From NCBI GenBank assembly GCA_023251295.1, contig JAHEYZ010000001.1, positions 1 through 61,890 of the forward strand: a stretch of 61,890 nt of DNA. The letters are read 5' to 3'. The notes under the pieces are model-generated. The model was given only the letters and a program-made list of their open reading frames with translations, ran no database searches and was not told the DNA's origin. A program made the position numbers and the translations under genes. This document shows, piece after piece, positions 8,323 through 17,420 of the stretch. Position 1 is the first letter of the stretch, and each line of letters begins with the position of its first letter. This DNA comes from Nitrosotalea sp. Lineage in GTDB: Archaea; Thermoproteota; Nitrososphaeria; Nitrososphaerales; Nitrosopumilaceae.

Positions 8323-8514
8323 TTAGACAGAAGTTAACCCATTTTCAGCTCTTTCCACTCTTAAGACTTTGCGTACAATCTGATAAGTTGTCACTCCTTC
8401 TTTGTTTGCTGTTTTATCTATCCATCTTAATGCATTGGAAAATTCTGGATCTTTTTCTTTTGGCATCATGCAAAGTTCATCAAATGCAATTTCTAGGAAA
8501 GTCCTTAGAGGCAT
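8323..8514 (-). CDS. Hypothetical protein
   Basis: ORF track; overlaps the upstream gene by 10 nt. Confidence 0.5.
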   Translation of the reverse strand: MPLRTFLEIAFDELCMMPKEKDPEFSNALRWIDKTANKEGVTTYQIVRKVLRVERAENGLTSV

Positions 8515-8771
8515 TTGCTACCCTCTGGTAAGTTATCATAGCCAGTAAATAATCCCATTAGATGACATCCGATCAGATCGAACCAATCTTCAATGCCACC
8601 AATTGAATCTAAAATTCCTCTAAGACCTGTTGATACTCCACCAAATGCGCCATTGACACCATTCACAGCTTCTTGACCATACGCTTGATTATCGCTAAAC
8701 CAACCCGTAACTACATAAAATGTAACAACAAATACAATCAGCAGTAATGCAAGACTATCTTCCCAATCCAT
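8505..8771 (-). CDS. Membrane-anchored Gly-rich protein
   Basis: N-terminal hydrophobic helix LALLLIVFVVTFYVVTGWF. Confidence 0.55.
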   Translation of the reverse strand: MDWEDSLALLLIVFVVTFYVVTGWFSDNQAYGQEAVNGVNGAFGGVSTGLRGILDSIGGIEDWFDLIGCHLMGLFTGYDNLPEGSKCL

Positions 8772-8912
8772 AATTATGTTTATTCTACTTGTTTTAAAAT
8801 CTTGTTTTTGATCTCTTGATCGTTGGCTTTGCTTCCTTCCTATCTTGTAACGTACACAGCAACATCTCCATTTCTGTATGTGAAAACATACATGTATTTA
8901 GAATTTCATCCT

Positions 8913-9188
8913 CTAGCGAAGAGATGCCCATTTCTTTTCATTTCTTTTTGCAAGTAAATTCAATGTAAAATAGAATACAATCAGTGCTGGTACAACTAAA
9001 AATATCATTTGAACTGGACTCTGATCTATTGTAAATGTACAATCTGGTGTAATACAATCTTCTGCAACTTGATCAAGTTGATCCTGAATTAATGGTAGGA
9101 TTAAAAATGACCAAATAGCTACAGTTATGATAAAAACCATCAGTGATAAAAGCATTGAAATTATAAAATATTGGATCTTTTGATTCAT
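8913..9188 (-). CDS. Two-TM membrane protein
   Basis: Hydrophobic segments FIISMLLSLMVFIITVAIWSFLILPLI and MIFLVVPALIVFYFTLNLL. Confidence 0.6.
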   Translation of the reverse strand: MNQKIQYFIISMLLSLMVFIITVAIWSFLILPLIQDQLDQVAEDCITPDCTFTIDQSPVQMIFLVVPALIVFYFTLNLLAKRNEKKWASLR

Positions 9189-9256
9189 TTCATGTTCTTC
9201 CCTTCGGCATTTGGCTTGGTTTTTCTACTATTTTAGTTAACGGTTCTAAAATTTTT

Positions 9257-9544
9257 TTATTCATTATAATCATTTTTCTGATCCAAACATGTTCCAATAC
9301 ATTTTTTCACTGAAATTATTCCTTCATCGATCATGTATTCCATTGCATAGCTATATTCTTTGTCACTGATATGATTCTGTGACCACCAATATGCATTGTT
9401 TTTTACCCACTCTGGGATCACATACGTCTGTCTTTCTGGATTTAGAATCTTGTTATTGTCAAAATCTGAGTTGATAATAATTACTGCAACAGATCCAGCA
9501 AATAAAAATGATAAAATAAAAGTGGAAAGTTTGTATCCATTCAC
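9257..9544 (-). CDS. Secreted or membrane-anchored protein (GTG start)
   Basis: N-terminal signal-anchor LSTFILSFLFAGSVAVIII. The start codon on the track is GTG. Confidence 0.5.
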   Translation of the reverse strand: MNGYKLSTFILSFLFAGSVAVIIINSDFDNNKILNPERQTYVIPEWVKNNAYWWSQNHISDKEYSYAMEYMIDEGIISVKKCIGTCLDQKNDYNE

Positions 9545-9777
9545 TTATGGATTCACATCATACTAGATTAAAAAAGTGTTTATCAACCAAATGCTGATGG
9601 ATTGATCTCGCCATCTAGTCGTTTAACAACTTTTTTCTTCTCTTCAACTACTACTTTCTTTTTACCCATTTCTAATTTCCACCTGCCTGTAATCCAGTCT
9701 TCACTCGCTTGTAAACCTTTACCCTCTTGAACGGAGTTGGCATATTTTACAATAAATATAGTATTTTAAAAAACTTT

Positions 9778-10254
9778 CTAATTGTTCAATGCCCTATTGT
9801 ACCAGACTCTAACGATCTCTAAGATTCTATTTGGCTGTTTTCCTCTGACTTTATAATAATGCAATACAGCGATCTTTTCAGATATTTCTTTCCAGTTAAG
9901 TTTGTGTGAATCGTTCAGATGTGGGATCATTGCAATCAGTCTTCTTTTTTCTATACACATTGGGCATTTGTAAATCTGGTTTTTTTCATCATCTGACATG
10001 TTCAATGACGATTCAATTGTATGTCTGACTCTCTCAGGTGAAATTAATATGCTGAAATTTGATAAGCCTAGGTTTTTTGCTATTCCACCAAGCGCACAAT
10101 AGCTATGATTTTTTGTGATAAACCCAAATGGGTTGATATAGCAATATGTGGTTTGCTTATAATTGAGCTTTCTCAGTTGTTCTGCCAGATTTATTTGAGA
10201 TTGGCTTGGTTCTGTTAAGATCTCTTGCATGTGATCTATGATTGGTATAGACAT
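9778..10254 (-). CDS. Hypothetical protein
   Basis: ORF track, 158 aa; contains CPMC. Confidence 0.6.
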   Translation of the reverse strand: MSIPIIDHMQEILTEPSQSQINLAEQLRKLNYKQTTYCYINPFGFITKNHSYCALGGIAKNLGLSNFSILISPERVRHTIESSLNMSDDEKNQIYKCPMCIEKRRLIAMIPHLNDSHKLNWKEISEKIAVLHYYKVRGKQPNRILEIVRVWYNRALNN

Positions 10255-10266
10255 ATTTAAAATAAA

Positions 10267-10500
10267 TTATTTGCGTTCCCATTTCTGTTTCAAGTCATTT
10301 AATGTTGGATTGTCTGTTTTTTTCATGTTTTCACTTGATTGTTTGTACTTTCTATGATAGCAATCCATGCATATTATCTGACCTTTATCTTTGATCAGTT
10401 CCACATCTGATGTAAGACACGCGTGACATAACCCCTTCAATTTACTCAAATCCAGCCAGATATTTTTCTCGTTGTTCTTTGATCTTACAGTCAACCTCAC
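10267..10500 (-). CDS. Zinc-ribbon protein (start uncertain: GTG at 10500, or TTG at 10447 overlapping the upstream stop)
   Basis: Contains CHAC...CMDC. The sequence TTGAGTAA overlaps the stop of 10442..11602. Confidence 0.55.
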   Translation of the reverse strand: MRLTVRSKNNEKNIWLDLSKLKGLCHACLTSDVELIKDKGQIICMDCYHRKYKQSSENMKKTDNPTLNDLKQKWERK

Positions 10501-11602
10501 TTATTTCTGGCTTTCCTGTGTTTATATCACGTCTTTTTAAATTTTCACATTTTTGTATATCTTCCAATTCTTTGAGATGTTCCTTTCTCACCTTCTCTTT
10601 TTGTTCCAATGTTGTGATCTTTTCTTCTACTGTTTGTTTTTTATCATCACAGTAAATTCCATAACATATTGTTTTTTCTGGTTCTTTTTCAGAGATCCTG
10701 TTTTCCCTATAATATGCAAATGCTTCTGCTTTCAACTCATCTTTGAAATGTTGTTTCCAGTACAAGCAATCTCTATCACATCCTTCAAATACTTTTGAAC
10801 CCAGATTGATTTCAATTGTAGGATCATACTTGACTGGTTCTGCACAGTTTGAGTAAAAATGATTTAGTACATCTAATAAAATGGCAGAACCATTGTTTTC
10901 CCAACCAATTGTTGCCTTTGCACAGTTTACCATTGATAGTCCTTCATATTCAAATCTAATCCTGTTTACATTATCAATACCATCTGTTCTTTTGATATAT
11001 CTCAATGATGGTTCAATTACAATCTGTTTTGATCTATCCCATGTATAATCATCTGGATTTACCCATAGTGTCCAAGGCATGTTATCAATGAATTTGTAAA
11101 GTTCAAATGCATTTGGTATTATTGGTGAATATCTTTTCCATGCATTTGTTTTGTTATCAAAATAAAAGTTACCTGACAGATATTTGTTTGAATTGTCATA
11201 CATATCTGCAAGCTTCTTTTCATTAGGACATTGTGTTTCATCCAACTTTTTACATGAAGTTGATACCCTTAATGAGATGAAGTTTTTGCCATTCAGATGT
11301 TTTATTATTTCCTGTCGGCTTGCAGATTTTTGAGCTGGATTTCCTTGTGTTGTATCTGTAGCTGTTGATTTTGCTGGGTCTTTACAATAGAGTCCATAGC
11401 AAGGTTCTGGTTTTACATTGGCTGGATCATTTGCTTTTAGCTGTGCCTGACATGATTTTCCACAAAAATAAGCACCAGTCGCATCTGCCCAATGCTCTGA
11501 ATAATCTATGAATGCCCAGACTGTTAGTACTCCAACTAATACTGTCACTATAATTATTGAATAGTGATCATCTAAGAATTTCTTGAGTTCCAACACCATC
11601 AA
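10442..11602 (-). CDS. Cys-rich secreted or membrane-anchored protein, 386 aa
   Basis: N-terminal TM segment SIIIVTVLVGVLTVWAFI followed by more than 14 Cys in the ectodomain. Confidence 0.75.
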   Translation of the reverse strand: MMVLELKKFLDDHYSIIIVTVLVGVLTVWAFIDYSEHWADATGAYFCGKSCQAQLKANDPANVKPEPCYGLYCKDPAKSTATDTTQGNPAQKSASRQEIIKHLNGKNFISLRVSTSCKKLDETQCPNEKKLADMYDNSNKYLSGNFYFDNKTNAWKRYSPIIPNAFELYKFIDNMPWTLWVNPDDYTWDRSKQIVIEPSLRYIKRTDGIDNVNRIRFEYEGLSMVNCAKATIGWENNGSAILLDVLNHFYSNCAEPVKYDPTIEINLGSKVFEGCDRDCLYWKQHFKDELKAEAFAYYRENRISEKEPEKTICYGIYCDDKKQTVEEKITTLEQKEKVRKEHLKELEDIQKCENLKRRDINTGKPEISEVDCKIKEQREKYLAGFE

Positions 11603-11801
11603 ATATTGAAACTATGTAATTATTTCCTTCGGTTGATTTATCTGCAAAGACTTCTTCTAATACTGTACAGAAAAACGAGTAGGAACAGTCAGTGTTAATA
11701 TATGCATATAATCCAACTGAAACATAAATTATAATTATTGAAACCCCAAATATTTCTAAATATCTGGAAAATTTCTTGATCTGATCAGATTTAAGTTTCA
11801 A
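11568..11801 (-). CDS. Small membrane protein (TTG start)
   Basis: Contains the TM segment IFGVSIIIIYVSVGLYAYI. Confidence 0.5.
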   Translation of the reverse strand: MKLKSDQIKKFSRYLEIFGVSIIIIYVSVGLYAYINTDCSYSFFCTVLEEVFADKSTEGNNYIVSIFDGVGTQEILR

Positions 11802-12023
11802 GCTTTGTGCCTTTCTTAGATTTCATGTTATGTATAAACGTCATGGTAATTACTCCACATATTGCACCACTAATAAACGAAATAATTGCTGTGATAGTTA
11901 CTTCGGCAACCAATGCAGGCTGTAAAATCATACACTAATTAAGTTTTCAGATTAGTGCAGAAATGAAATTGATCGCATCAATTCCACTCTGAAAAAATCA
12001 CTGATCTTTTAATCTATATGGTG

Positions 12024-12056
12024 TTATTTTTTCTTTTTACCGCCTTTCTTTCTCAT
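12024..12056 (-). CDS. 10-aa micro-ORF MRKKGGKKKK preceded by a strong SD-like GAGGCGGTGAG
   Basis: Hand translation. The GGTGA core lies 5 nt upstream of the ATG. This is the only SD-led start in the otherwise ORF-free transcript region below the promoter at 12190. Confidence 0.25.
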   Translation of the reverse strand: MRKKGGKKKK

Positions 12057-12189
12057 TTATCTCACCGCCTCAAAAAGTAAAAAATGAAGGTACAGATTCA
12101 TTAGGTTATGCATCAGCACTCTACTATACTCCCCAAGAGTAGAATTTCTCCAATGTATCTGTTACCACGTCTTGCTGTAATATTTTACT

Positions 12190-12205
12190 CTCTTATAAAA
12201 GAAAA
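12190..12205 (-). promoter_or_regulatory. Class-A promoter motif with no conventional ORF downstream
   Basis: Exact CTCTTATAAAAGAAAA. The minus-strand region 11932-12189 has no ORF longer than 14 aa apart from the micro-ORF. Confidence 0.55.
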
Positions 12206-12313
12206 TTATCTGGTTATTTTTTGAAAACAAATCCACATTTTGTACAAAAATACTTTGTTTTACTGGCTGGGAATAATTTTATCTTATTGGATTTGCAATG
12301 AGGGCAGTTCATT

Positions 12314-12523
12314 TTATTCAAAAGCTCCTGTATAATCGATCATGAAACACTGATGCATGCATTTTGAACACTTGATATGGAAAAAATGTCTTCCATGTGG
12401 ATGCTGGTATTTTAATAGTTCCAACTCCTGAACTGTAGGATTTGTTGCAATTACTGTTTCTCCACATCCCTCTGGGCAAATCCTTGGAATAATATCCTCT
12501 TGTTCCAATTTTAATAACTCCAA
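12314..12523 (-). CDS. Zinc-finger protein (TTG start)
   Basis: Contains CPEGCGE...CSKCMHQC. Confidence 0.55.
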   Translation of the reverse strand: MELLKLEQEDIIPRICPEGCGETVIATNPTVQELELLKYQHPHGRHFFHIKCSKCMHQCFMIDYTGAFE

Positions 12524-12656
12524 TATGCCCTCACAAAACCTGAAAAATTAAAAAATTCCAATAGGCAGAAACACACACCACAGATTCTTTCCTCTTTCCA
12601 ACACTTATTCTTTGTTGTTGTTCTTGATGGGAACACAGTATCACAAATCCTGCATC

Positions 12657-12806
12657 TCATGTATCCCTCATCAATTTATTCAGTTTAATAGACTTCCTTA
12701 TGCATTTATCAGAACAAAAAAAAGCACCGTTAGATAGTGGTTTTCCACATTCATTGCAATGATCACAGTCTAATAATCTGACTTGCATTCTATTTGGGTC
12801 TGGCAT
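12657..12806 (-). CDS. 49-aa zinc-ribbon protein (below the ORF-track cutoff)
   Basis: Hand translation MPDPNRMQVRLLDCDHCNECGKPLSNGAFFCSDKCIRKSIKLNKLMRDT. Confidence 0.45.
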   Translation of the reverse strand: MPDPNRMQVRLLDCDHCNECGKPLSNGAFFCSDKCIRKSIKLNKLMRDT

Positions 12807-12817
12807 TACTGGTAGTT

Positions 12818-13564
12818 CTATTCCATTTTCCATATAATTTCCTCAGATTGATATGAAACTTCACCTCTGGCCATATCGATTAGATACCAGATTCCATTTT
12901 TTGCCTTTGCAAAATCTACAGACCAATATTCTTTGAATACCTTGCACACCTCTTTTAGCTGTTCTCTAATCTCTTCCAAGTCATTCTTAGAGTATTTTTT
13001 TAATTTTTCAAGCTTTATTTTCCAATACTTATCTTTTGGATCTCCTTCTTCAACAGCTTTTTTAACCCAATAGTTTCTTATTGATTCAACTTTTCCATTT
13101 TTAATAAAACATCTGACTTCCTTGTTAACTGGAAAATCTCCATAGAAACAATTGAATCCAGTTTCTAAATCTAACAATTCTCTGAATATTACTGCTTCAT
13201 ATCCAAGTTCTCCTGCCATGTTTTGCATTTCATGTTCCTCTATCAGTGTTGCAAGATTTTTTTGTAATGCATTTTTTGATTCAATATAACAAGTTCTCTT
13301 CCAGTTATGCTTGCCACTTGCCTGATCTGTTCTCATAAACATTGGATATTTACCAATTTTTTCCATTGCCTTGTACAGTTTGTTTTTTACTTCATCTGAT
13401 AATGGTGTGTTACTTCTTACCAAATTATAAAGTGGTTTAAATCCTGTGTCAGCAATTTCAGTTTTAATTTGAGGTATAGGTAATTTTTTAATTTTTGGAT
13501 ACCAAATCAATAGTGAGCTATCCTTACCAAGTTGTACTCTTTCTTCAAATTTCATGTGCAACAT
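12818..13564 (-). CDS. ATP-grasp-like enzyme (tentative)
   Basis: The C-terminal EYWSVDFAKAKNGIWYLIDMARGE resembles the terminal strand and Mg-binding region of ATP-grasp folds. An earlier segment reads KYPMFMRTDQASGKHNWK. Motif-level resemblance only. Confidence 0.6.
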   Translation of the reverse strand: MLHMKFEERVQLGKDSSLLIWYPKIKKLPIPQIKTEIADTGFKPLYNLVRSNTPLSDEVKNKLYKAMEKIGKYPMFMRTDQASGKHNWKRTCYIESKNALQKNLATLIEEHEMQNMAGELGYEAVIFRELLDLETGFNCFYGDFPVNKEVRCFIKNGKVESIRNYWVKKAVEEGDPKDKYWKIKLEKLKKYSKNDLEEIREQLKEVCKVFKEYWSVDFAKAKNGIWYLIDMARGEVSYQSEEIIWKME

Positions 13565-13911
13565 TTATTCCTTAACATAGGACATAACCTTTGCAGATCT
13601 CCCATTGAATAGTAAAATATCTGTATTCCTAGTCTAAGTGCATGATCGAGTTCGCTTCTTGTAGATTCACCGATATATCCATCCTTATCTATTATGAAAA
13701 CTGCTCTTGATATGTCAATTTTTTCTTTATGTAATCTATCAAGTTGATCTTTATGCTTAATTATCTCTTCTTTTATTTCTGGATCACTGTCGGAGTGAAG
13801 GAATGATCCAACTGACAAGACAATATAGTCTGATAATGTCAGATAATAATTACATTCATTAAATTCTTTTTTGAATTTTGTCGAACCACATAGGGTAATT
13901 ATGCCTTCCAT
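13552..13911 (-). CDS. Hypothetical protein (possible Rossmann or nucleoside-deoxyribosyltransferase-like fold), overlaps the ATP-grasp-like gene by 13 nt
   Basis: N-terminal GIITLCGSTKFKKEF and C-terminal IIDKDGYIGESTRSELDHA. The family assignment is uncertain. Confidence 0.55.
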   Translation of the reverse strand: MEGIITLCGSTKFKKEFNECNYYLTLSDYIVLSVGSFLHSDSDPEIKEEIIKHKDQLDRLHKEKIDISRAVFIIDKDGYIGESTRSELDHALRLGIQIFYYSMGDLQRLCPMLRNKCCT

Positions 13912-13912
13912 T

Positions 13913-14170
13913 TCAGTTGTATCCTTTCTTCAAATTTACAGCATTTTTTATTTTTTGGCTATTATCATATTCCCTGATTCCTAAATCAACCAGCCAAGCA
14001 ATAGCTTTTGTTATTGCTAATGCCTTTTCATCATTAATGCTTAATTCATGTTTTAGAACATTTGCTAGATTATTGCCTTCATCTGCAATTGTAGGATCAA
14101 TTGGGTTGTTCACGTCATTCCACTTTCTTCCATTTAATTCAACTCCTGTTTTGGTTCTTCTTTGATACAT
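13913..14170 (-). CDS. Hypothetical protein
   Basis: ORF track. Confidence 0.5.
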   Translation of the reverse strand: MYQRRTKTGVELNGRKWNDVNNPIDPTIADEGNNLANVLKHELSINDEKALAITKAIAWLVDLGIREYDNSQKIKNAVNLKKGYN

Positions 14171-14343
14171 CTATTATACAAAATAGTGTATATCCCACCT
14201 ATCATAATTGTAAAAATTGGCATCCAAAAAATATCTGGTATTCCACCTGAAAATGTTTCTCCAATACTAAGATATTTCATGATCATGATTGTCAATGTAA
14301 AAAATCCACCAATTATAAATGCATTACCAATATGTTCTTTCAT
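14134..14343 (-). CDS. Two-TM membrane protein
   Basis: Contains AFIIGGFFTLTIMIM and IFWMPIFTIMIGGIYTILY. Confidence 0.55.
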   Translation of the reverse strand: MKEHIGNAFIIGGFFTLTIMIMKYLSIGETFSGGIPDIFWMPIFTIMIGGIYTILYNRCIKEEPKQELN

Positions 14344-14344
14344 T

Positions 14345-14569
14345 TTAATCAGCCTGATCTTCCTTTCTTAAAATCTTAATCATGTTTTTTTGCTGTTCGT
14401 CATTCAATCCACTGAACAATGCTTCCATTGTATTTTTTACATCAAATGCATCCATCACTATTTCTTGGCATGGCACAAAAATTCGTGCAATGAATTTTTC
14501 ATCCTTGTAAGTTGTAATGCTAAATTTGTCATTCCTAGATGTCTTCATATAGGAATTTTGTATCAGCAT
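14345..14569 (-). CDS. Hypothetical protein
   Basis: ORF track; abuts its neighbours with 1-nt gaps. Confidence 0.55.
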   Translation of the reverse strand: MLIQNSYMKTSRNDKFSITTYKDEKFIARIFVPCQEIVMDAFDVKNTMEALFSGLNDEQQKNMIKILRKEDQAD

Positions 14570-15094
14570 CTATGCATACCTCTTGTTATTTTTTCTGAAT
14601 GCACCAATGGTTTCTTCTAATGTTGGATGTCTTTGCCAGAATCTTCCATCTCGCTGTCTTTGATGGAATAATAATCTGATATACGGTCTTTGGTTTTCTA
14701 TAAAATCTTCCATTGTCAGATTATAATCATTGTCGGAATTTAGATCAGATAGTTGTTTTTCTAATAATTTTCTATCATGTTCATCATCTGGATCTAATCT
14801 AGCTGGTTGAATTTCAAATCTAACTGCCATGTCATGTGCAATTATTACTAATAATGTTAATACCATACCATCAAAAGTTGCCATGCTTCCTTCAAACAAA
14901 TAATCATTATAGATTGTGGATTGATAATCAAATATCTCTAACTGATCTGAATCAATATGATGCAATCCACCAAAAACTTCCGAGAGAATTATCAGTGATT
15001 TTCTAGCATTCTCTGAAAGAGGTTTATCTCCATTATGTTGTTTTATTATTGCAAGATCATTCTCAGCCAAACAATATCTATGTTCTTGTATCAT
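14570..15094 (-). CDS. Hypothetical protein, 174 aa
   Basis: ORF track. Confidence 0.65.
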   Translation of the reverse strand: MIQEHRYCLAENDLAIIKQHNGDKPLSENARKSLIILSEVFGGLHHIDSDQLEIFDYQSTIYNDYLFEGSMATFDGMVLTLLVIIAHDMAVRFEIQPARLDPDDEHDRKLLEKQLSDLNSDNDYNLTMEDFIENQRPYIRLLFHQRQRDGRFWQRHPTLEETIGAFRKNNKRYA

Positions 15095-15336
15095 TGTTTT
15101 ACAATCCCCAATATCCTTGTCTTACCATTACTCATATCAAATCTCTTAATCTTTATAATGTTTTTTTTCAATAAATCCATCAAAATTTTATGCATTGTAC
15201 TATCAGCAATACCGCTTTCTTTTTCCAGTTCTTTCTTTGTCATTTCCTTTTCTGTTAATATATCAATTACTTTTTTGTAATTCAAATAAATATTATAACC
15301 AGTATATGCACTCATCTTGTAAAAATCCTCTTGCAA
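15091..15336 (-). CDS. Winged-helix DNA-binding protein (track start is TTG; an ATG at 15314 is also possible)
   Basis: KKVIDILTEKEMTKKELEKESGIADSTMHKILMDLLKKNIIKIKR has a wHTH pattern (MarR/ArsR-like). Confidence 0.65.
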   Translation of the reverse strand: MQEDFYKMSAYTGYNIYLNYKKVIDILTEKEMTKKELEKESGIADSTMHKILMDLLKKNIIKIKRFDMSNGKTRILGIVKQ

Positions 15337-15432
15337 ACTTTACATTGACCAGTATTGATCGGCATTGGCATCAGCTCTATATTCTTGTTTTTCATGCAAC
15401 AATCTGAGAATATTCCATACCATTTTATTTTT

Positions 15433-15825
15433 TTAACCAATTTTTATCACTTTTCCATCTGTTAAAATACTGCAAGATCTGATCATTACTCCTTTTACTG
15501 TCCTGCAATCAGTCGTACATTCATTCAAATCAAATTTGTTTATTGGAAAGCCATTTCCTTTTTTCATTGAAAGCATATACTTGATTAACTTAATCAGTCC
15601 TTTACGACCACCGAAAGCGAAATTCTTAGTAACAAACCATGACATCTCTAATCCTTCATAACCTTGTGGAAAAATTTGACTCTTGAAGTCCTTTCCTTCT
15701 TGTGTATAATGTCCTAACATTGTAATCTTTCCAGATATTATCTGATTTACATATTTTGCATAGGTTGTACATGAACTGCAAAGGTTATCGTAAATTAATA
15801 CTGGATACTGCAATTTTTTAAACAC
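15433..15825 (-). CDS. DCC-family (DUF393) thiol-disulfide oxidoreductase-like protein
   Basis: N-terminal VLIYDNLCSSCTTYAKYV matches the YDGxCxxC signature of the DCC family. Confidence 0.6.
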   Translation of the reverse strand: MFKKLQYPVLIYDNLCSSCTTYAKYVNQIISGKITMLGHYTQEGKDFKSQIFPQGYEGLEMSWFVTKNFAFGGRKGLIKLIKYMLSMKKGNGFPINKFDLNECTTDCRTVKGVMIRSCSILTDGKVIKIG

Positions 15826-15983
15826 CTCTTTGCTTTATCTAACAAAAATTTAAATTCGTTTTTTTCATTATCATACAAAGCACCGCCACCGCCAACTAAA
15901 AGAGTCTTGATTACCCTGTCTTTAATCTCTATAATTCTATTCAGATCTTCAAATGTAAAATCAGATCTTATTTGATTATACAT
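15795..15983 (-). CDS. Hypothetical protein
   Basis: ORF track. Confidence 0.45.
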   Translation of the reverse strand: MYNQIRSDFTFEDLNRIIEIKDRVIKTLLVGGGGALYDNEKNEFKFLLDKAKRCLKNCSIQY

Positions 15984-16215
15984 CTCTCTTCGCCCTTTTT
16001 TTAAAATCTTCTTCTATTTTTTCATAATTATCATCCTCGTAAAATTCATCACTCCAATATTTTTTATCATTAACGTTTTCCAAGATCTCCCTTGCAAAAT
16101 AAATCAATTCAACAGAATGTTCACTTCTATGTTTTGTTTCTACTGCCTTTCTTGTCGCTATCCATTTTAATAAATTTAATACATTAACAGCTTTAACTTT
16201 GCCTTTCTTCCACAT
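15976..16215 (-). CDS. Hypothetical protein
   Basis: ORF track. Confidence 0.5.
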   Translation of the reverse strand: MWKKGKVKAVNVLNLLKWIATRKAVETKHRSEHSVELIYFAREILENVNDKKYWSDEFYEDDNYEKIEEDFKKRAKRDV

Positions 16216-16221
16216 AATATT

Positions 16222-16473
16222 TCACTGTCCTTGATGATCTGCTGTGTGCCAGCATGATCCGCATTCACATTTATAACAACATTCCTCATCGCCATCATTG
16301 TTCACATACTTGTATTTTGCTTCATTTTTCTTTCCACAGTCTTCACAATATTCTATAAAGATACATCTTGCAAGTATTGTCTTAAGTTTCAGTTTTAGAC
16401 TCATTTCCACTCCAACATGATTTAACTTCAAATCTGAACCACTTGAAATGTACATTCCAACAGAAAAATGCAA
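16222..16473 (-). CDS. Zinc-finger protein (the likely true start is the internal ATG at 16404)
   Basis: Contains CEDCGKKNE...CCYKCECGSCWH. The track start would overlap the upstream gene by 92 nt. Confidence 0.55.
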   Translation of the reverse strand: MHFSVGMYISSGSDLKLNHVGVEMSLKLKLKTILARCIFIEYCEDCGKKNEAKYKYVNNDGDEECCYKCECGSCWHTADHQGQ

Positions 16474-16780
16474 CTATTTGTATCATAATTTCTATGATAA
16501 CAAGTGCATATATCATACCTGTTATTCCTTCTGGCGATGTCATTGTATCCCATTCATCGCCACATGTTGAGCATAACAAATTTCCCATGTCATCTTTTTT
16601 TATTGGTTGATCTGGACAAATTATTTGATTGGAATCTGACAGTGAAATTCTGCATCCTTTTTCATCTACAGAGTTTAATACTGTCTGGTAATAATTTATA
16701 GGAAAAATTGGTAGTATTGAAACTACTATCCATATTGCTATCAGAATATGGCAACTGCGTACTGTAATTGTCTTAGTCAT
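16382..16780 (-). CDS. Membrane protein with Cys-containing loop
   Basis: TM segments ILIAIWIVVSILPIFPI and GMIYALVIIEIMIQIVAFF. Confidence 0.55.
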   Translation of the reverse strand: MTKTITVRSCHILIAIWIVVSILPIFPINYYQTVLNSVDEKGCRISLSDSNQIICPDQPIKKDDMGNLLCSTCGDEWDTMTSPEGITGMIYALVIIEIMIQIVAFFCWNVHFKWFRFEVKSCWSGNESKTET

Positions 16781-16781
16781 A

Positions 16782-17021
16782 TCACTCTAATTTCTCAGTT
16801 TTGTTATTCCTTGGTACTCTTCTATGGAAGAACTTTCCATCCTTATCGTATAATGTAAAATTATTCTGCTGAAATCCATACTGCATTGACAGAAATTCGA
16901 CAAACGTTTCAAAGTCTTTTTCTTTTTTCTTATCATGTATATAAGCTTGCCATAACCCTTCAAACATTTCTTTTTCTTCATCTAGTATTCTGATCTGTTT
17001 TTGATAGAAAAAATCTGACAA
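16782..17021 (-). CDS. Hypothetical protein
   Basis: ORF track. I treat the alternative-frame ORF 16787..16981 as spurious. Confidence 0.5.
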   Translation of the reverse strand: MSDFFYQKQIRILDEEKEMFEGLWQAYIHDKKKEKDFETFVEFLSMQYGFQQNNFTLYDKDGKFFHRRVPRNNKTEKLE

Positions 17022-17420
17022 TCAGATTACTCCACAATTATCAAAATAATAGTTTTCTGTTAACACCTGCAAATTTTCACTCATGTATCTTGGTTGGTCT
17101 GCTCTTACTGTTTTTATAAAATTAAGTAAATCATTACAGTCTAATGACTTGACATGTTCCATTACTTTGTCTTCCACGTTCTTCCAATTTGGCATATCAC
17201 CAATCATAATACCTAACATAATTACCATCCATCCAAAAAACAACCCAGCTACTACAGCCATTATTTTTCTACGCTGTTTATAATACTTGTTTTTCTCTGG
17301 AATCATTGCAGGAAATATTACTGAAATTGCAAAGGCAAAAAATGGAATCATCATCCATTGTTTGCTTTCGTATATCATTTGATATAATTGGTATGCTGTA
17401 TCAATTGACTCTATACTCAT
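17022..17420 (-). CDS. Membrane protein (2-3 TM)
   Basis: Contains MMIPFFAFAISVIFPAMI and MAVVAGLFFGWMVIMLGIMI. Confidence 0.6.
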   Translation of the reverse strand: MSIESIDTAYQLYQMIYESKQWMMIPFFAFAISVIFPAMIPEKNKYYKQRRKIMAVVAGLFFGWMVIMLGIMIGDMPNWKNVEDKVMEHVKSLDCNDLLNFIKTVRADQPRYMSENLQVLTENYYFDNCGVI

